Shown: positions 1 through 9,239 of the stretch, piece by piece | Layout of the letters: every line of letters begins with the position of its first letter | How positions within the stretch are numbered: the first letter of the stretch is position 1 | NCBI GenBank assembly: GCA_963789955.1 | Contig: CAWBMV010000028.1 | Coordinates: forward strand, 1-21,930 | Length of the DNA: 21,930 nt | Origin: an uncultured Candidatus Rokubacteria bacterium | GTDB taxonomy: Bacteria > Methylomirabilota > Methylomirabilia > Rokubacteriales > CSP1-6 | Direction of reading: 5' to 3' | Position numbers and translations under genes: made by a program | Notes under the pieces: model-generated | The model's database searches: none | What the model was told of the DNA's origin: nothing | Seen by the model: only the letters and a program-made list of their open reading frames with translations

Positions 1-830
1 GGGTCTGGCCGGACACGTGAAGCGTCGCACCGGTCGCGAGGATGATGAAGAACATGACGACATTCGAGAAGAACATCCCGGTGCGCGACGTCGAGCCGCG
101 CGTCGGCGAGCTCGTGCGCGGTCGCGCCGCGCCGCTGCGCCACGGTGCGCCGGCCCTGCGCTTTCTCCGCTTCGACCTCGTGCGAGGCCTGCCAGAAGAA
201 CAGATACGGCGAGATGGTTGTCCCGAGCACGGCCACCACGGTCGTGATGTAGACCGCGTCCCAGCTGAGGCGCGGCACGAAGGTCGCCAGGGCCACCTCG
301 CGCCAGTCGGGCCGAGCCAGGAACGCGGTCACGACGTAGGCAAACAGGACAGCGGTCAGCCACTTGAGCCACTGAGCGAAGGTCGCGTAGGTCGTGTAGA
401 TCGTCGCGACCAGGATGACGAGCCCGAGCACGGGTACCGACACGACGGTCGGCACGCCCGTGAGCATGCGGGTAACGTCCGCCATGCCGGAGAGGTCGGC
501 CGCGATGTTGAAGACGTTGGCGATCAGCAGCAGCAGACAGGCGACGTAGAGAAATGGGCGCGGATAGTGGCTGCGGATCGCGGCGGCCAGGCCGCGGCCG
601 CTGACAAGCCCGATGCGCGCGCAGACGAGCTGCACCGCCGCCATCAGCGGAAAGGTCGCCAGCGCCATCCAGAGCATCCCGTACCCGAGCGAGGCGCCGG
701 CGACGGAATAGGTGGTGATCCCGCTCGGATCGTCGTCCGAGGCGCCGGTCACGAGCCCCGGTCCGAGGATCCTGAAATAGCGGACGAGCGGATTGTGACT
801 GTGCCGCTCGATCTCCTGGAGGTCACTCAT
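1..830 (-). CDS. NRAMP/SLC11-related divalent metal cation transporter (3' end runs off the window; apparent +1 indel near 84)
   Basis: Not in the ORF track. Manual translation from the ATG at 830 gives MSDLQEIERHSHNPLVRYFRILGPGLVTGASDDDPSGITTYSVAGASLGYGMLW, later LGTTISPYLFFWQAS, and after the indel TGMFFSNVVMFFIILATGATLH. These are typical of the DDDPSGI subgroup of NRAMP. Confidence 0.88.
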   Translation of the reverse strand, partial: MSDLQEIERHSHNPLVRYFRILGPGLVTGASDDDPSGITTYSVAGASLGYGMLWMALATFPLMAAVQLVCARIGLVSGRGLAAAIRSHYPRPFLYVACLLLLIANVFNIAADLSGMADVTRMLTGVPTVVSVPVLGLVILVATIYTTYATFAQWLKWLTAVLFAYVVTAFLARPDWREVALATFVPRLSWDAVYITTVVAVLGTTISPYLFFWQASHEVEAEKAQGRRTVAQRRGATAHELADARLDVAHRDVLLECRHVLHHPRDRCDASRVRPD

Positions 831-909
831 GACGGCGCCTGGGTAGTTTACAGGCGCGGGGGCCGGCTGATTCGGCTAACATGGCGCGCCTGAGACGGGG
901 GACACGCAC

Positions 910-2346
910 ATGAGCAGATTCCCAGAGTACGAGCGCTATGACGCGACGGGCCTGGCCGACCTCGTTCGGGGGCGACAGATCTCGCCCGGCGAGCTGCTCG
1001 ACGCCGCCATCGAGCGCGTCGAGGCGCGCAACGCCGCGGTGAACGCGGTGACGATGCCGCTCTACGACTACGGGCGCGCGGCGATCGCCAAGGGCTTGCC
1101 CGACGGGCCGTTCACGGGCGTGCCGTTCCTGATGAAGGACCTCACGGCGTCGATCGCCGGCGTCCGCATGACGCGCGGCTCGCGATTCTTCGCCGACGCG
1201 CCGGCCCCCACTGCCGACAGCGAGCACGTCACGCGGCTCAAGCGCGCCGGGCTCGTGATCTTCGGCCGCACGAACACGTGCGAGCTCGGGCCTCGCTCAC
1301 GTGCGAGCCGCAGCTGCACGGGCCGACGAAGAATCCCTGGGACCTCTCGCGCATCTCCGGCGGCTCGAGTGGCGGCGCGGCCGCGGCGGTCGGCGCGCGC
1401 ATGCTGCCGATGGCGCACGCGACCGACGGGTTCGGCTCGATCCGCGCGCCGGCCGCGTGCTGCGGGCTCGTCGGGCTCAAGCCCACGCGCGGGCGCAACA
1501 CGATGGCGCCCTGGGCCGGGCGAGGGCCTCGGCGGCTGCTCGATCGAGCACGCGGTGACGCCTGTCCGTGCGCGACTCCGCAGCGCTGCTCGACGCGACC
1601 TGCGGCCCGGGCGCGGGCGATCCCTACGTGGCGCCGCCGGCCGCTCGGCCGTTCCGCCAGGAAGTCGGCGCCGATCCCGGTGCGCTGCGTATCGCGTTCA
1701 CGAGCGCTGGCGCCGAACGGCGCGCCGGTCGAGGCCGAGAGCCTGCGCGATGCTCGCCGAGGTCGCGAAGCTCTGCGCCGATCTCGGCCACCGGGTCGCC
1801 GAAGCCGATCCGGCGATCGAGCGGGCCGCGGTGGTGCCGACCTTCCTCACCTTCGCCGCGGCGAACACGGTCGTGAACCTGGCGAGCCATCCGACGAAGG
1901 GCCGCTCGGCGCAGGCACGACGAGGTCGAGACCGTGACGTGGGCGACTGCCAAGCTCGGCGAGCAGATCGGCGGCGCCGACTACGTCCGCGCGACGCAGG
2001 CCGCGCATCGGCTCGGGCGCCAGATGGCCGCGTTCCACGCCGACTGGGACGTGCTGCTCACGCCGGGGCTCGCGACCGTGCCGGTGAAGCTCGGCTGGAT
2101 CGACATGATGATGGACGACGTCGACGAGTACTGGCGGCGCGTGTTCGCGTTCTCGCCGTTCACGGTGTGGTTCAACCTGACCGGCCAGCCGGCGATGATG
2201 CTGCCGCTCGGACGCTCGCCGGAAGGGTTGCCGATCGCGGTCCAGATCGTCGGGCGCTACGGCGACGAAGCCACGTGTTCCGCCTCGCCGCGCAGCTCGA
2301 GGCGGCGCGCCCGTGGTTCGAGCGGAAACCGGCGCTCGCCTCCTGA
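910..2346 (+). CDS. Amidase signature family protein (several apparent frameshifts)
   Basis: [12 protein letters not shown] (catalytic Lys) is in the 910 frame. [11 protein letters not shown]...[23 protein letters not shown] is in the 1278 frame. [16 protein letters not shown] is in the 1934 frame, and the C-terminus [13 protein letters not shown] returns to the 910 frame. Confidence 0.9.
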   Translation: MSRFPEYERYDATGLADLVRGRQISPGELLDAAIERVEARNAAVNAVTMPLYDYGRAAIAKGLPDGPFTGVPFLMKDLTASIAGVRMTRGSRFFADAPAPTADSEHVTRLKRAGLVIFGRTNTCELGPRSRASRSCTGRRRIPGTSRASPAARVAARPRRSARACCRWRTRPTGSARSARRPRAAGSSGSSPRAGATRWRPGPGEGLGGCSIEHAVTPVRARLRSAARRDLRPGRGRSLRGAAGRSAVPPGSRRRSRCAAYRVHERWRRTARRSRPRACAMLAEVAKLCADLGHRVAEADPAIERAAVVPTFLTFAAANTVVNLASHPTKGRSAQARRGRDRDVGDCQARRADRRRRLRPRDAGRASARAPDGRVPRRLGRAAHAGARDRAGEARLDRHDDGRRRRVLAARVRVLAVHGVVQPDRPAGDDAAARTLAGRVADRGPDRRALRRRSHVFRLAAQLEAARPWFERKPALAS

Positions 2347-2355
2347 CCGCTCGGG

Positions 2356-3222
2356 TCAGCTCGGCAGGGTGAAGCGGTAGCCGCCGCCTTCCTTCACGAT
2401 GAAGCCGGGATGGGGAAAGTGCCCGGCCAGGATCAGCGTGCCCGAATCCGCATGGCGCTCGACGAACGCGCGTCGCGTGATTCGTGCCTGGGCCGGGTCG
2501 TAGCAGAAGCGACTCGACCACTGGGGCTCGGCGACCTGCACGGTCCGGTGCATGAGATCGCCCGAGAACATGGCAGTGCCCGCCGATGTCGTCAAGCGCA
2601 CGCAGACGTGGCCCGGCGTGTGGCCGACCCACGGCTCGAAGCGGAGATGCTCGCCGATCTTGAAGTCGCTGTCGACCAGCAGCGCCTGGCCGGCCTCGAC
2701 GACGGGCACCACGCTGTCAGCGATGCATCCCGAGTCTTCCTTGCCGGATTCGTTCTCGTACTTCCAGAACTCCCACTCAGCGCCGGCGAACACGTACTTC
2801 GCGTTCGGGAACGTCGGGACCCAGCGCCCGTCCTTCCAGCGCGTATTCCAGCCGACGTGGTCGACGTGCAGATGGGTGCACACGACGAAGTCCACCTGCT
2901 CGGGCGTGACACCCACCGCGGCGAGGTCGTCGAGATAGGTGCCAGCTCGCATGTTCCACGCGGGCGCGAGGCTGCGAGCCTTGTCGTTGCCGACGCCCGT
3001 GTCGATGAGGATCGTGTGACCCGGCGTCTTCACGACGTAGGTCTGGATGCGCGAGGCGAGATCGTCGGTCCGCTCGTCGAAAAAGTGCGGCTTGAGCCAG
3101 CGATGATGGCCGGCGATGACATCGGCGCTCGAGCCGGGCAACATGGACGCGGTCGGAAACGACGAACGGTCGATCTCGATCACGCGTGAAATCGTCACCT
3201 CGCCGAGCTTCATCGTGTGCAT
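2356..3222 (-). CDS. MBL-fold metallo-hydrolase
   Basis: THLHVDHVG (HxHxDH), ILIDTGVG, GHTPGH, FSGDLMH and GHF motifs. GGAGGAG RBS upstream. Confidence 0.92.
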   Translation of the reverse strand: MHTMKLGEVTISRVIEIDRSSFPTASMLPGSSADVIAGHHRWLKPHFFDERTDDLASRIQTYVVKTPGHTILIDTGVGNDKARSLAPAWNMRAGTYLDDLAAVGVTPEQVDFVVCTHLHVDHVGWNTRWKDGRWVPTFPNAKYVFAGAEWEFWKYENESGKEDSGCIADSVVPVVEAGQALLVDSDFKIGEHLRFEPWVGHTPGHVCVRLTTSAGTAMFSGDLMHRTVQVAEPQWSSRFCYDPAQARITRRAFVERHADSGTLILAGHFPHPGFIVKEGGGYRFTLPS

Positions 3223-3280
3223 CGCGGCTCCTCCCCTGCTGGTGAATCACGACCTTGATACACCATACCGCCTGCGGTTC

Positions 3281-4336
3281 CTACTTCCCTTTCGCTCGAA
3301 GGCAGTTGCCGAGAAATGTCCTGACCATCGACGCGGACTTGTCGTCGACGTCGACGCGATAGCCGATTCCGAGTGAGCCCGGGATGGAAGGCTTCATCTG
3401 ATGACCGATCTGTTTCGCCGACATCGATCGACGAACCAGACGCGGCGGCAAGAGGAATGTCGAGCGGAGGGCGGCGTCCTGGTTCGATACGGCCAGTGCC
3501 TCCAGGTGAACGCCGTCGTCGCTATCGATGGTCAGCCAATGACTCGATCCTCGAGCGGTGACGGCGTCGCCCTTCCCGGCGGCTTCGTACACCGAGCCGA
3601 ACACCGTCTGCGTGCCGTCGCATGAGAAATACACCATCCCAGTTCCGTCGGCCGTCGTCTGCCGGCCTTGCAGCATCGTGCCGCCGGGAAAGGAGGCGAT
3701 GCTCCACTCCGGAGGCTGTCGGCCGTTGTTGACGACGCCGAGATCCTTCGCCTGTCGCTGCGACAGCACGTACATTTCGTCGGGCGCCGCCTTCACCCAG
3801 AGATCGAAGAGACGAACATCGACGCCCATCTCGCGGATATAGCTCTTGATCGAGGCCGAAAGCTCCGGAGCCAGATCGCGATCGCTGGTGGTCGGACCGT
3901 CTTCAAACGATGCCCGATGCACTCCGTAGCGAGCGCCGTTGGCGTTGAAGCGGTACACGCCGCCGAGGAACGCGAGCGAGCACGCGCTGTAGCATTCGCC
4001 GGGGAGCAAGGTGCGCGAGCTGATGATATGGGTCGATGCGCCGTGCTTCCGGATCACGCGGCCCAGCTGCATGCCGGCAAACAGGTTGCCCCCGGGGGAA
4101 TTCAGCCAGATCGTGATCTTGCCGTCGACCGCGCCGAGTGCCTTGGAGAGTCGGTCCGGCGCACCCGTATCGATCAGGCCGTCGAGATAAACGAGCGTCG
4201 TGTCGCGGAAGACACTCGATTCGGATCGGGGTGCGACGGTGACGGCCATCGGCGCGTTGCCATCGGCGGTGACGGTGGTCGGCATCGCCGCCAGAGCTTC
4301 GGCCAGGAGCACGACGCCCAGAACCCATCGCCTCAT
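3281..4336 (-). CDS. Exported protein with a ClpP/crotonase-like (COG3904-type) N-terminal domain and an unknown C-terminal domain
   Basis: Signal-peptide-like MRRWVLGVVLLAEALAA from the ATG at 4336 (alternative start 4357). LNSPGGNLFAGMQLGRVIR and CYSACSLAFLGG...GVHR motifs. Confidence 0.7.
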   Translation of the reverse strand: MRRWVLGVVLLAEALAAMPTTVTADGNAPMAVTVAPRSESSVFRDTTLVYLDGLIDTGAPDRLSKALGAVDGKITIWLNSPGGNLFAGMQLGRVIRKHGASTHIISSRTLLPGECYSACSLAFLGGVYRFNANGARYGVHRASFEDGPTTSDRDLAPELSASIKSYIREMGVDVRLFDLWVKAAPDEMYVLSQRQAKDLGVVNNGRQPPEWSIASFPGGTMLQGRQTTADGTGMVYFSCDGTQTVFGSVYEAAGKGDAVTARGSSHWLTIDSDDGVHLEALAVSNQDAALRSTFLLPPRLVRRSMSAKQIGHQMKPSIPGSLGIGYRVDVDDKSASMVRTFLGNCLRAKGK

Positions 4337-4500
4337 CGCCGGGGATGAACCCACCATTCCATCGAGAATGATGCGCCATCAGCACGACGTCGGCATCACA
4401 TCGCCCTATCCGTTGGGGTTCTGGTAGGCTCTTCGCGGAATGAGGACGGGGGACCCGGCGTGCCCCCACTGGATAGACCCCGCGCCGGGAAGGAGCGCTT

Positions 4501-5549
4501 ATGCGCGGCGTCGTTTTCCTCGGTGGACGGAAGCTCGAGCTGCGTGAATTCCCTGACCCGACGCCGGGGCCCGGCGAAGTCGTCGTCGCCATGAAGGCCT
4601 CGGGAATGTGCGGGAGCGATCTGCATCCCTATCGCGCCGTCGGCAACGCGGCCGCGGCGCTGGGCCTGGGTGGCACAGGCGGACCCGTCGTCGCCGGTCA
4701 CGAGCCGTGCGGCGTCGTCGCCGCGCGAGGCGCCGGGGTCAGCGAGGCCGACGCGCCGACCGGCCAGCGCGTGATGGTCCATCATTACAGGGGCTGCGGC
4801 CACTGCAAGCACTGCAAGGTCGGCTGGGCGCAGCTCTGCCGCCAGGGCATCGTGGTCTACGGCATGACGGGCCACGGCGGTCACGCCGCCTACATGACGG
4901 TGCCGGCGTTCACGCTCGTGCCCCTGCCCGACTCGCTCAGCTTCGAGGAAGGCGCGGCGATCTCGTGCGGCACCGGCACGGCGTACGGCGCGCTGAAGCG
5001 GCTCGACGTTTCTGGCCGCGACACCCTGGCGGTTTTCGGCCAGGGCCCGGTCGGACTGAGCGCGACCTTGCTCGGTCGCGCGATGGGCGCTCGCGTGATC
5101 GCGATCGACGTCGCGCCCTGAGCGGCTGACGCTCGCCAGGGAATTCGGCGCCGAGTCGGTGATCAACGCGAAGGAGACGGATCCGGTTGCGGCGTTGCGC
5201 GAGCTCACGCACGGCGAGGGTGTCGAGACCGCCATGGATTGCACGGGCAATCCGGACGCGCGCGTAGCCGCGGTGCGGAGCGCCACGACCTGGGGGCGGG
5301 TCGCGTTCGTCGGCGAGGGCAACACCACGACGTTCGACATCAGCCAGGACATGATCCGCCGGCAGCTCACGATCCACGCCTCGTGGACCTTCTCGAGCGT
5401 GGGCCAGGCCGAGTGCGCGCAATTCATCGCCGACCGCCGGATCCCGCTCGCGTCGCCTGCTCACGCATCGCTTCCGCCTCGAGCAGGCAGACGAAGCCTA
5501 CCGGCTCTTCGATACGCAGACGACGGGGAAGGGCGTGTTCATGTTCTGA
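4501..5549 (+). CDS. Zinc-dependent medium-chain alcohol dehydrogenase (apparent frameshifts near 5118 and 5455)
   Basis: CGSDLH, GHE, structural Zn CGHCKHC...C and GQGPVG. It continues in the 5159 frame (AMDCTG...GRVAFVG) and ends THRFRLEQADEAYRLFDTQTTGKGVFMF* at TGA 5547-5549. AAGGAG RBS. Confidence 0.9.
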
Positions 5550-5579
5550 TTCTGGCCGGCGTGGCCCCGGCGGCCGACG

Positions 5580-5629
5580 TTGACGCACGCGATCGCGCGA
5601 GGATATTCTGTGAACGGAGTGGTTCCGTT
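5580..5629 (+). promoter_or_regulatory. Sigma70-like promoter and palindromic operator of the TA operon
   Basis: TTGACG (5580-5585), 18 bp, then TATTCT (5604-5609). The inverted repeat AACGGA-GTGGT-TCCGTT (5613-5629) overlaps the GGAG RBS of the antitoxin. Confidence 0.6.
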
Positions 5630-5632
5630 TTG

Positions 5633-5875
5633 ATGGCGAACCTCACGATCAAGAACCTCCCGGGAACGGTGCTCCGCCGACTCAAGGCCCGGGCCGTCAC
5701 TCACCGCCGGAGCCTCAATCTCGAGGTCATCGCTTGCCTGGAGGCGCTGGTCCAGTCGGCACCGGTGGACACCGACTCGCTCCTGGCTCGCGTGCGGGAG
5801 GTTCGGCGAACCCCTGCTCGCACGCGGCTCACCGACCGAGTACTCACGCGCCTCAAGACCGCGGGGCGCGCGTGA
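5633..5875 (+). CDS. Ribbon-helix-helix antitoxin (FitA/VapB-like), 80 aa
   Basis: MANLTIKNLPGTVLRRLKARAVTHRRSLNLEVIACL is a classic FitA/Arc-type RHH N-terminus. Its stop overlaps the PIN gene start (GTGA). Confidence 0.85.
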   Translation: MANLTIKNLPGTVLRRLKARAVTHRRSLNLEVIACLEALVQSAPVDTDSLLARVREVRRTPARTRLTDRVLTRLKTAGRA

Positions 5876-6273
5876 TCGTCGCCGACACCAACCTCCTCGT
5901 CTACCTCTATATCCGCGGTCAGCGGACAGCGCAGGCCGAAGCCGTGCTGGTGCGGGATCCAGCGTGGACGGCCCCGCTCCTCTGGCGGTCCGAGTTTCGC
6001 AACACGCTAGCCGGACTCGTCCGCGCCCGAGAGATCGACCTCGACGACGCGGTGCGAATCAGCCACGAGGCCGAGCGCCGGATGGGCGGCGCGGAGTTCA
6101 GCGTGGCATCGCAGCACGTGCTCCAGCTTGCGATTCGATCGAGGTGCTCAGCCGACGACTGCGAGTTCGTGGCGCTCGCCCAGGATCTACGGGTGCCGTT
6201 CGTCACCGCGGATCGACAGGTTCTCGCCGCCTTCCCGTCGACCGCGGTCTTCCCGGCCGACTTCCTGGCCTGA
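5872..6273 (+). CDS. vapC: PIN-domain toxin (VapC family), 133 aa
   Basis: VIVADTNLL, SEFRNTL, SADDCEFVALA and FVTADRQ supply the PIN acidic residues. Translationally coupled to the RHH gene. Confidence 0.88.
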   Translation: MIVADTNLLVYLYIRGQRTAQAEAVLVRDPAWTAPLLWRSEFRNTLAGLVRAREIDLDDAVRISHEAERRMGGAEFSVASQHVLQLAIRSRCSADDCEFVALAQDLRVPFVTADRQVLAAFPSTAVFPADFLA

Positions 6274-6353
6274 ACCCGCACCAAGCTGACCGAGAGATGC
6301 GGGCAGCGGCGCCGACGACGTGATCCGCCGTCGACGCCGCGCCGCGATGATCC

Positions 6354-7394
6354 TTACCGCTTCGGCAGGATCTTGAGGATCGGCTCCAGGTTCTTGGGGT
6401 CCGGCTTGAGCTGACCGACGCCGTAACTACGCACGGTCTCGACGATGGCGTCGTTGACCGGGGTCTTCACTCCGCGGTGTCGTCCCTGCTCGCAGACGTA
6501 GCCGTTCAGATAGTCGATCTCGGTGCGGCGCCCGCGCATCACGTCCTGCAGCAAGGACGGGCGCCCGCCGCCGCGCCGCGCGCCCTCGGCGGCCACGTCT
6601 GCCTCGACCTCGGCGAGCCCGCGGCCCTCGTACGCGTCCACGAACCGCTGGGCGACGATGCCGTAGATCGGCTCGACCTCGAAGCCGCAGGCCCGCCCGA
6701 CCTTCACCACCTCGCCGCCGACGTAGATCGCGATGAGCCGCGGCTCCGGCAAGGTGCGTACCTCGGCGGTGCCGAGACCCGAGAGCCCCGCGATCGGATT
6801 CGCCATGCAGTTCACGGTCAGTTTCGACCACCGCTCACCGAAGAGATTCGTCGTCACCTTGGTCACCGCGACATCGCTCATGATCTTGGCCAGCTCGCGG
6901 GCGCGCTCGGTGTCCTTGCCGTCGAGCTCGCCGATCTTGAACCCGATCGCGCCGGTGTCGGTGCGCATCGCGTGACCCGGCTCGTACATGCCGGCGCCGA
7001 TCGTGATCACGCTGCCGAGCGTGCGCTCGCGCCCCGCGATGGCCGCGACCCGCTCGTCGTTGATGCCGTTCTGGAAGTCGACCACCACGCCATTCGGTTT
7101 CTTCAGATACTGGATGCCGAGATGCGTCGCCCACTCGGTGTCGTACGACTTCACCGAGATGAAGACCGCGTCGAACGGCTCGCCGATGGCCTGGGCCTCA
7201 TAGATATGAAGCGCCTTCACGGGGATGGTGTGATCGCCGCAGGTCCCGCTCAGGCGCAGGCCGTTCTTCCGCATCGTCTCGATGTGTGCCGGCCACTGAT
7301 CGATCAAGGTCACGTCGTGCCCGGCCTTGGTCAGCATGCCGCCGACGACGCTCCCGATCGCTCCGGCCCCGATGATCCCGATTCGCATTGCCAT
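6354..7394 (-). CDS. panE: Ketopantoate reductase (PanE/ApbA) family protein
   Basis: GAGAIG Rossmann motif, ISVKSYD, QNGI, WSKLTVN, PSLLQD...RRTEIDYLNG. The GGGAGGGA RBS supports the ATG at 7394 rather than 7496. Confidence 0.85.
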   Translation of the reverse strand: MAMRIGIIGAGAIGSVVGGMLTKAGHDVTLIDQWPAHIETMRKNGLRLSGTCGDHTIPVKALHIYEAQAIGEPFDAVFISVKSYDTEWATHLGIQYLKKPNGVVVDFQNGINDERVAAIAGRERTLGSVITIGAGMYEPGHAMRTDTGAIGFKIGELDGKDTERARELAKIMSDVAVTKVTTNLFGERWSKLTVNCMANPIAGLSGLGTAEVRTLPEPRLIAIYVGGEVVKVGRACGFEVEPIYGIVAQRFVDAYEGRGLAEVEADVAAEGARRGGGRPSLLQDVMRGRRTEIDYLNGYVCEQGRHRGVKTPVNDAIVETVRSYGVGQLKPDPKNLEPILKILPKR

Positions 7395-7420
7395 GGGTCC
7401 CTCCCGTAATAGGCGCGCCC

Positions 7421-7497
7421 TGCGGTCGCGCAATGGTTCTTCATCGGCGCGCCTCAGCCGGCGGGGCCCCAGCCCCGACGGCTTGCGGTCGCGCAAT
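7421..7497. promoter_or_regulatory. Two copies of a 14-bp quasi-palindromic operator in the divergent panE/patB region
   Basis: TGCGGTCGCGCAAT at 7421-7434 and 7484-7497, 63 bp apart. The second copy forms TTGCG-N4-CGCAA. Confidence 0.55.
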
Positions 7498-7531
7498 ACC
7501 GTAAGGCCGGAGCATGATAACTTGAACCGCC

Positions 7532-8707
7532 ATGACCTACGACTTCGATCGTCTCGTCGACCGGCGACGCACCGACAGCTCCAAGTGGCAGAAATACGGG
7601 CCCGACGTCTTGCCGCTCTGGGTGGCGGACATGGATTTCCAGTCGCCCGAGCCGGTGATCCGCGCGCTGCGCGAGCGGGTCGAGCACGGCGTCTTCGGCT
7701 ACCTGGCCTTCGAGCAGCCGGAATTCCATGAATTGTTCGCGGACCGGCTCCTCAAGCGCTACGGCTGGCGCGTCTCACCCGACGCCGTGGTGCTGATCCC
7801 GGGAGTCATTCCAGGATTCAACGTGGCCGGCCGCATTTTCGCGGCGCCCGGCGACGGGCTGATCCTCCAGACGCCGGTCTACCCGCCGATCCTCCGGGCC
7901 GCCAGCAGCATCGGCCTCACGCGCGAGGAGGCGCCGCTGGCGCGCCGGTCGGATGGAAGCTACGTGGTCGACATCGACGCGTTCTCGGCGGGGATCCGCG
8001 AGCGCACGCGCTTCTTCCTGCTGTGTAACCCTCACAACCCGGTGGGTCGCGTGTTCACGCGCGAAGAGCTGACCAGTCTGGCTCAGGTGTGCCTGCGCCG
8101 CGGCCTGGCGATCGTTTCTGACGAGATCCACTGTGAGCTGACGCTCGGGCGCAATCGCCACACGCCGATCGCGTCGCTCGACCCGGAGATCGCCGAGCGG
8201 ACGATCACGCTCATGGCGCCGAGCAAGACCTTCAATCTGGCGGGGCTCAAGTGCTCGGTCGCGATCATCCCGAACGCCGCGCTCCGGGAAAAGTTCGTCA
8301 ACGGACGCATCGATCTGGTGCAGACCGTGAACGTGTTCGGCTACACCGCTGCCTTCGCCGCGTACCGCGACGGCCAGCCCTGGCTCGACGAGCTGCTGCG
8401 TTATCTCGAGGCCAACCGCGACTTCGTCGCCGACTACGTACGGGCCCGTCTACCCGGCGTGGCGATGGCCCCGCCCGAGGCGACCTACCTCGCGTGGCTC
8501 GACTGCCGAAACGCCCGGATTCCCGGCGGCGATCCGTACACGTTCTTCCTCGAGAAGGCGCGCGTGGCGTTGAACGACGGCGCGCTGTTCGGTCCGGGCG
8601 GCGCGGGCCACGTGCGGCTCAACTTCGGCTGCCCGCGCTCGATGCTCGCGAAGGCGCTCGACCAGATGCGCGACGCGCTCACGGCCGACCGTCCAGCGCG
8701 CGTCTGA
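7532..8707 (+). CDS. patB: PatB/MalY family PLP-dependent enzyme (cystathionine beta-lyase-like)
   Basis: LPLWVADMDF, LCNPHNPVGRV, SDEIH, APSKTFNLAG (PLP lysine), ATYLAWLD and RLNFGCP. Confidence 0.9.
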   Translation: MTYDFDRLVDRRRTDSSKWQKYGPDVLPLWVADMDFQSPEPVIRALRERVEHGVFGYLAFEQPEFHELFADRLLKRYGWRVSPDAVVLIPGVIPGFNVAGRIFAAPGDGLILQTPVYPPILRAASSIGLTREEAPLARRSDGSYVVDIDAFSAGIRERTRFFLLCNPHNPVGRVFTREELTSLAQVCLRRGLAIVSDEIHCELTLGRNRHTPIASLDPEIAERTITLMAPSKTFNLAGLKCSVAIIPNAALREKFVNGRIDLVQTVNVFGYTAAFAAYRDGQPWLDELLRYLEANRDFVADYVRARLPGVAMAPPEATYLAWLDCRNARIPGGDPYTFFLEKARVALNDGALFGPGGAGHVRLNFGCPRSMLAKALDQMRDALTADRPARV

Positions 8708-9174
8708 GCTGGTCGAGGTGGTTGTCGTCGTGCCAGGCCATCACGGATAGGAACTCGTCGATCGTCCGGCGGCCTCGCGAATCGACGTGCACGCCGGCGC
8801 GCGCCCACGCGTCCGGGCTCGAGCTGACGCAAGAACTCGAGGGTCTCCCGGCGCCGGCGGACGAACGCGGCGAGGGCGAGGATGCCGTCGTTGGCGAGGT
8901 ACTGGCGCTCGTCGGCCCACCGGTCGGGATTCGTGGCCACGAACCGCGGCAGGTCCATCGCCACGATGAGCCGCATCCGCTCGAGGAACCACTCCTCGTT
9001 GTCCCGCAGGTGACAGATCACTTCGGTCGGCGCCCAGCTCTTGGGCGCCGGGCGGCGCACCAGGCGCGCGCCATCGGCGCGATGCACCGCGTCGGTCAGC
9101 TCGTCAGGCGTGCGGGCGATCCGGGCCAGCCGCTCCTCGCGCGGGCGCCGCGCGTACTCCTCGATGCTCGGCAT
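8679..9174 (-). CDS. DinB family protein (apparent +1 indel near 8815)
   Basis: WAPTEVICHLRD, then after removing one C from CCCG: DAWARAGVHVDSRGRRTIDEFLSVMAWHDDNHLDQLRRALDGRP*, completing the DinB His triad. Overlaps the 3' end of patB convergently by 29 nt. Confidence 0.85.
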
Positions 9175-9239
9175 ACCTTCCCTCCGCGACGATCATCGTA
9201 GCCGAAACGTGCGCGCACGTTCCGGCGGCTGGCAGGCGA

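Noticed and set aside
910..5549. Pseudogene or programmed-frameshift calls for the amidase, dehydrogenase and other broken genes
   Set aside because: The indels are scattered over unrelated genes with intact catalytic motifs and no slippery heptamers, so sequencing error is more parsimonious.
5159..5875. Dehydrogenase C-terminus fused to the antitoxin (238-aa ORF)
   Set aside because: Artefact of the indel near 5455. The antitoxin has its own promoter, RBS and ATG at 5633.
6274..6353. Hairpins between vapC and panE as terminators
   Set aside because: Imperfect GC stems without U-tracts, expected by chance at this GC content.
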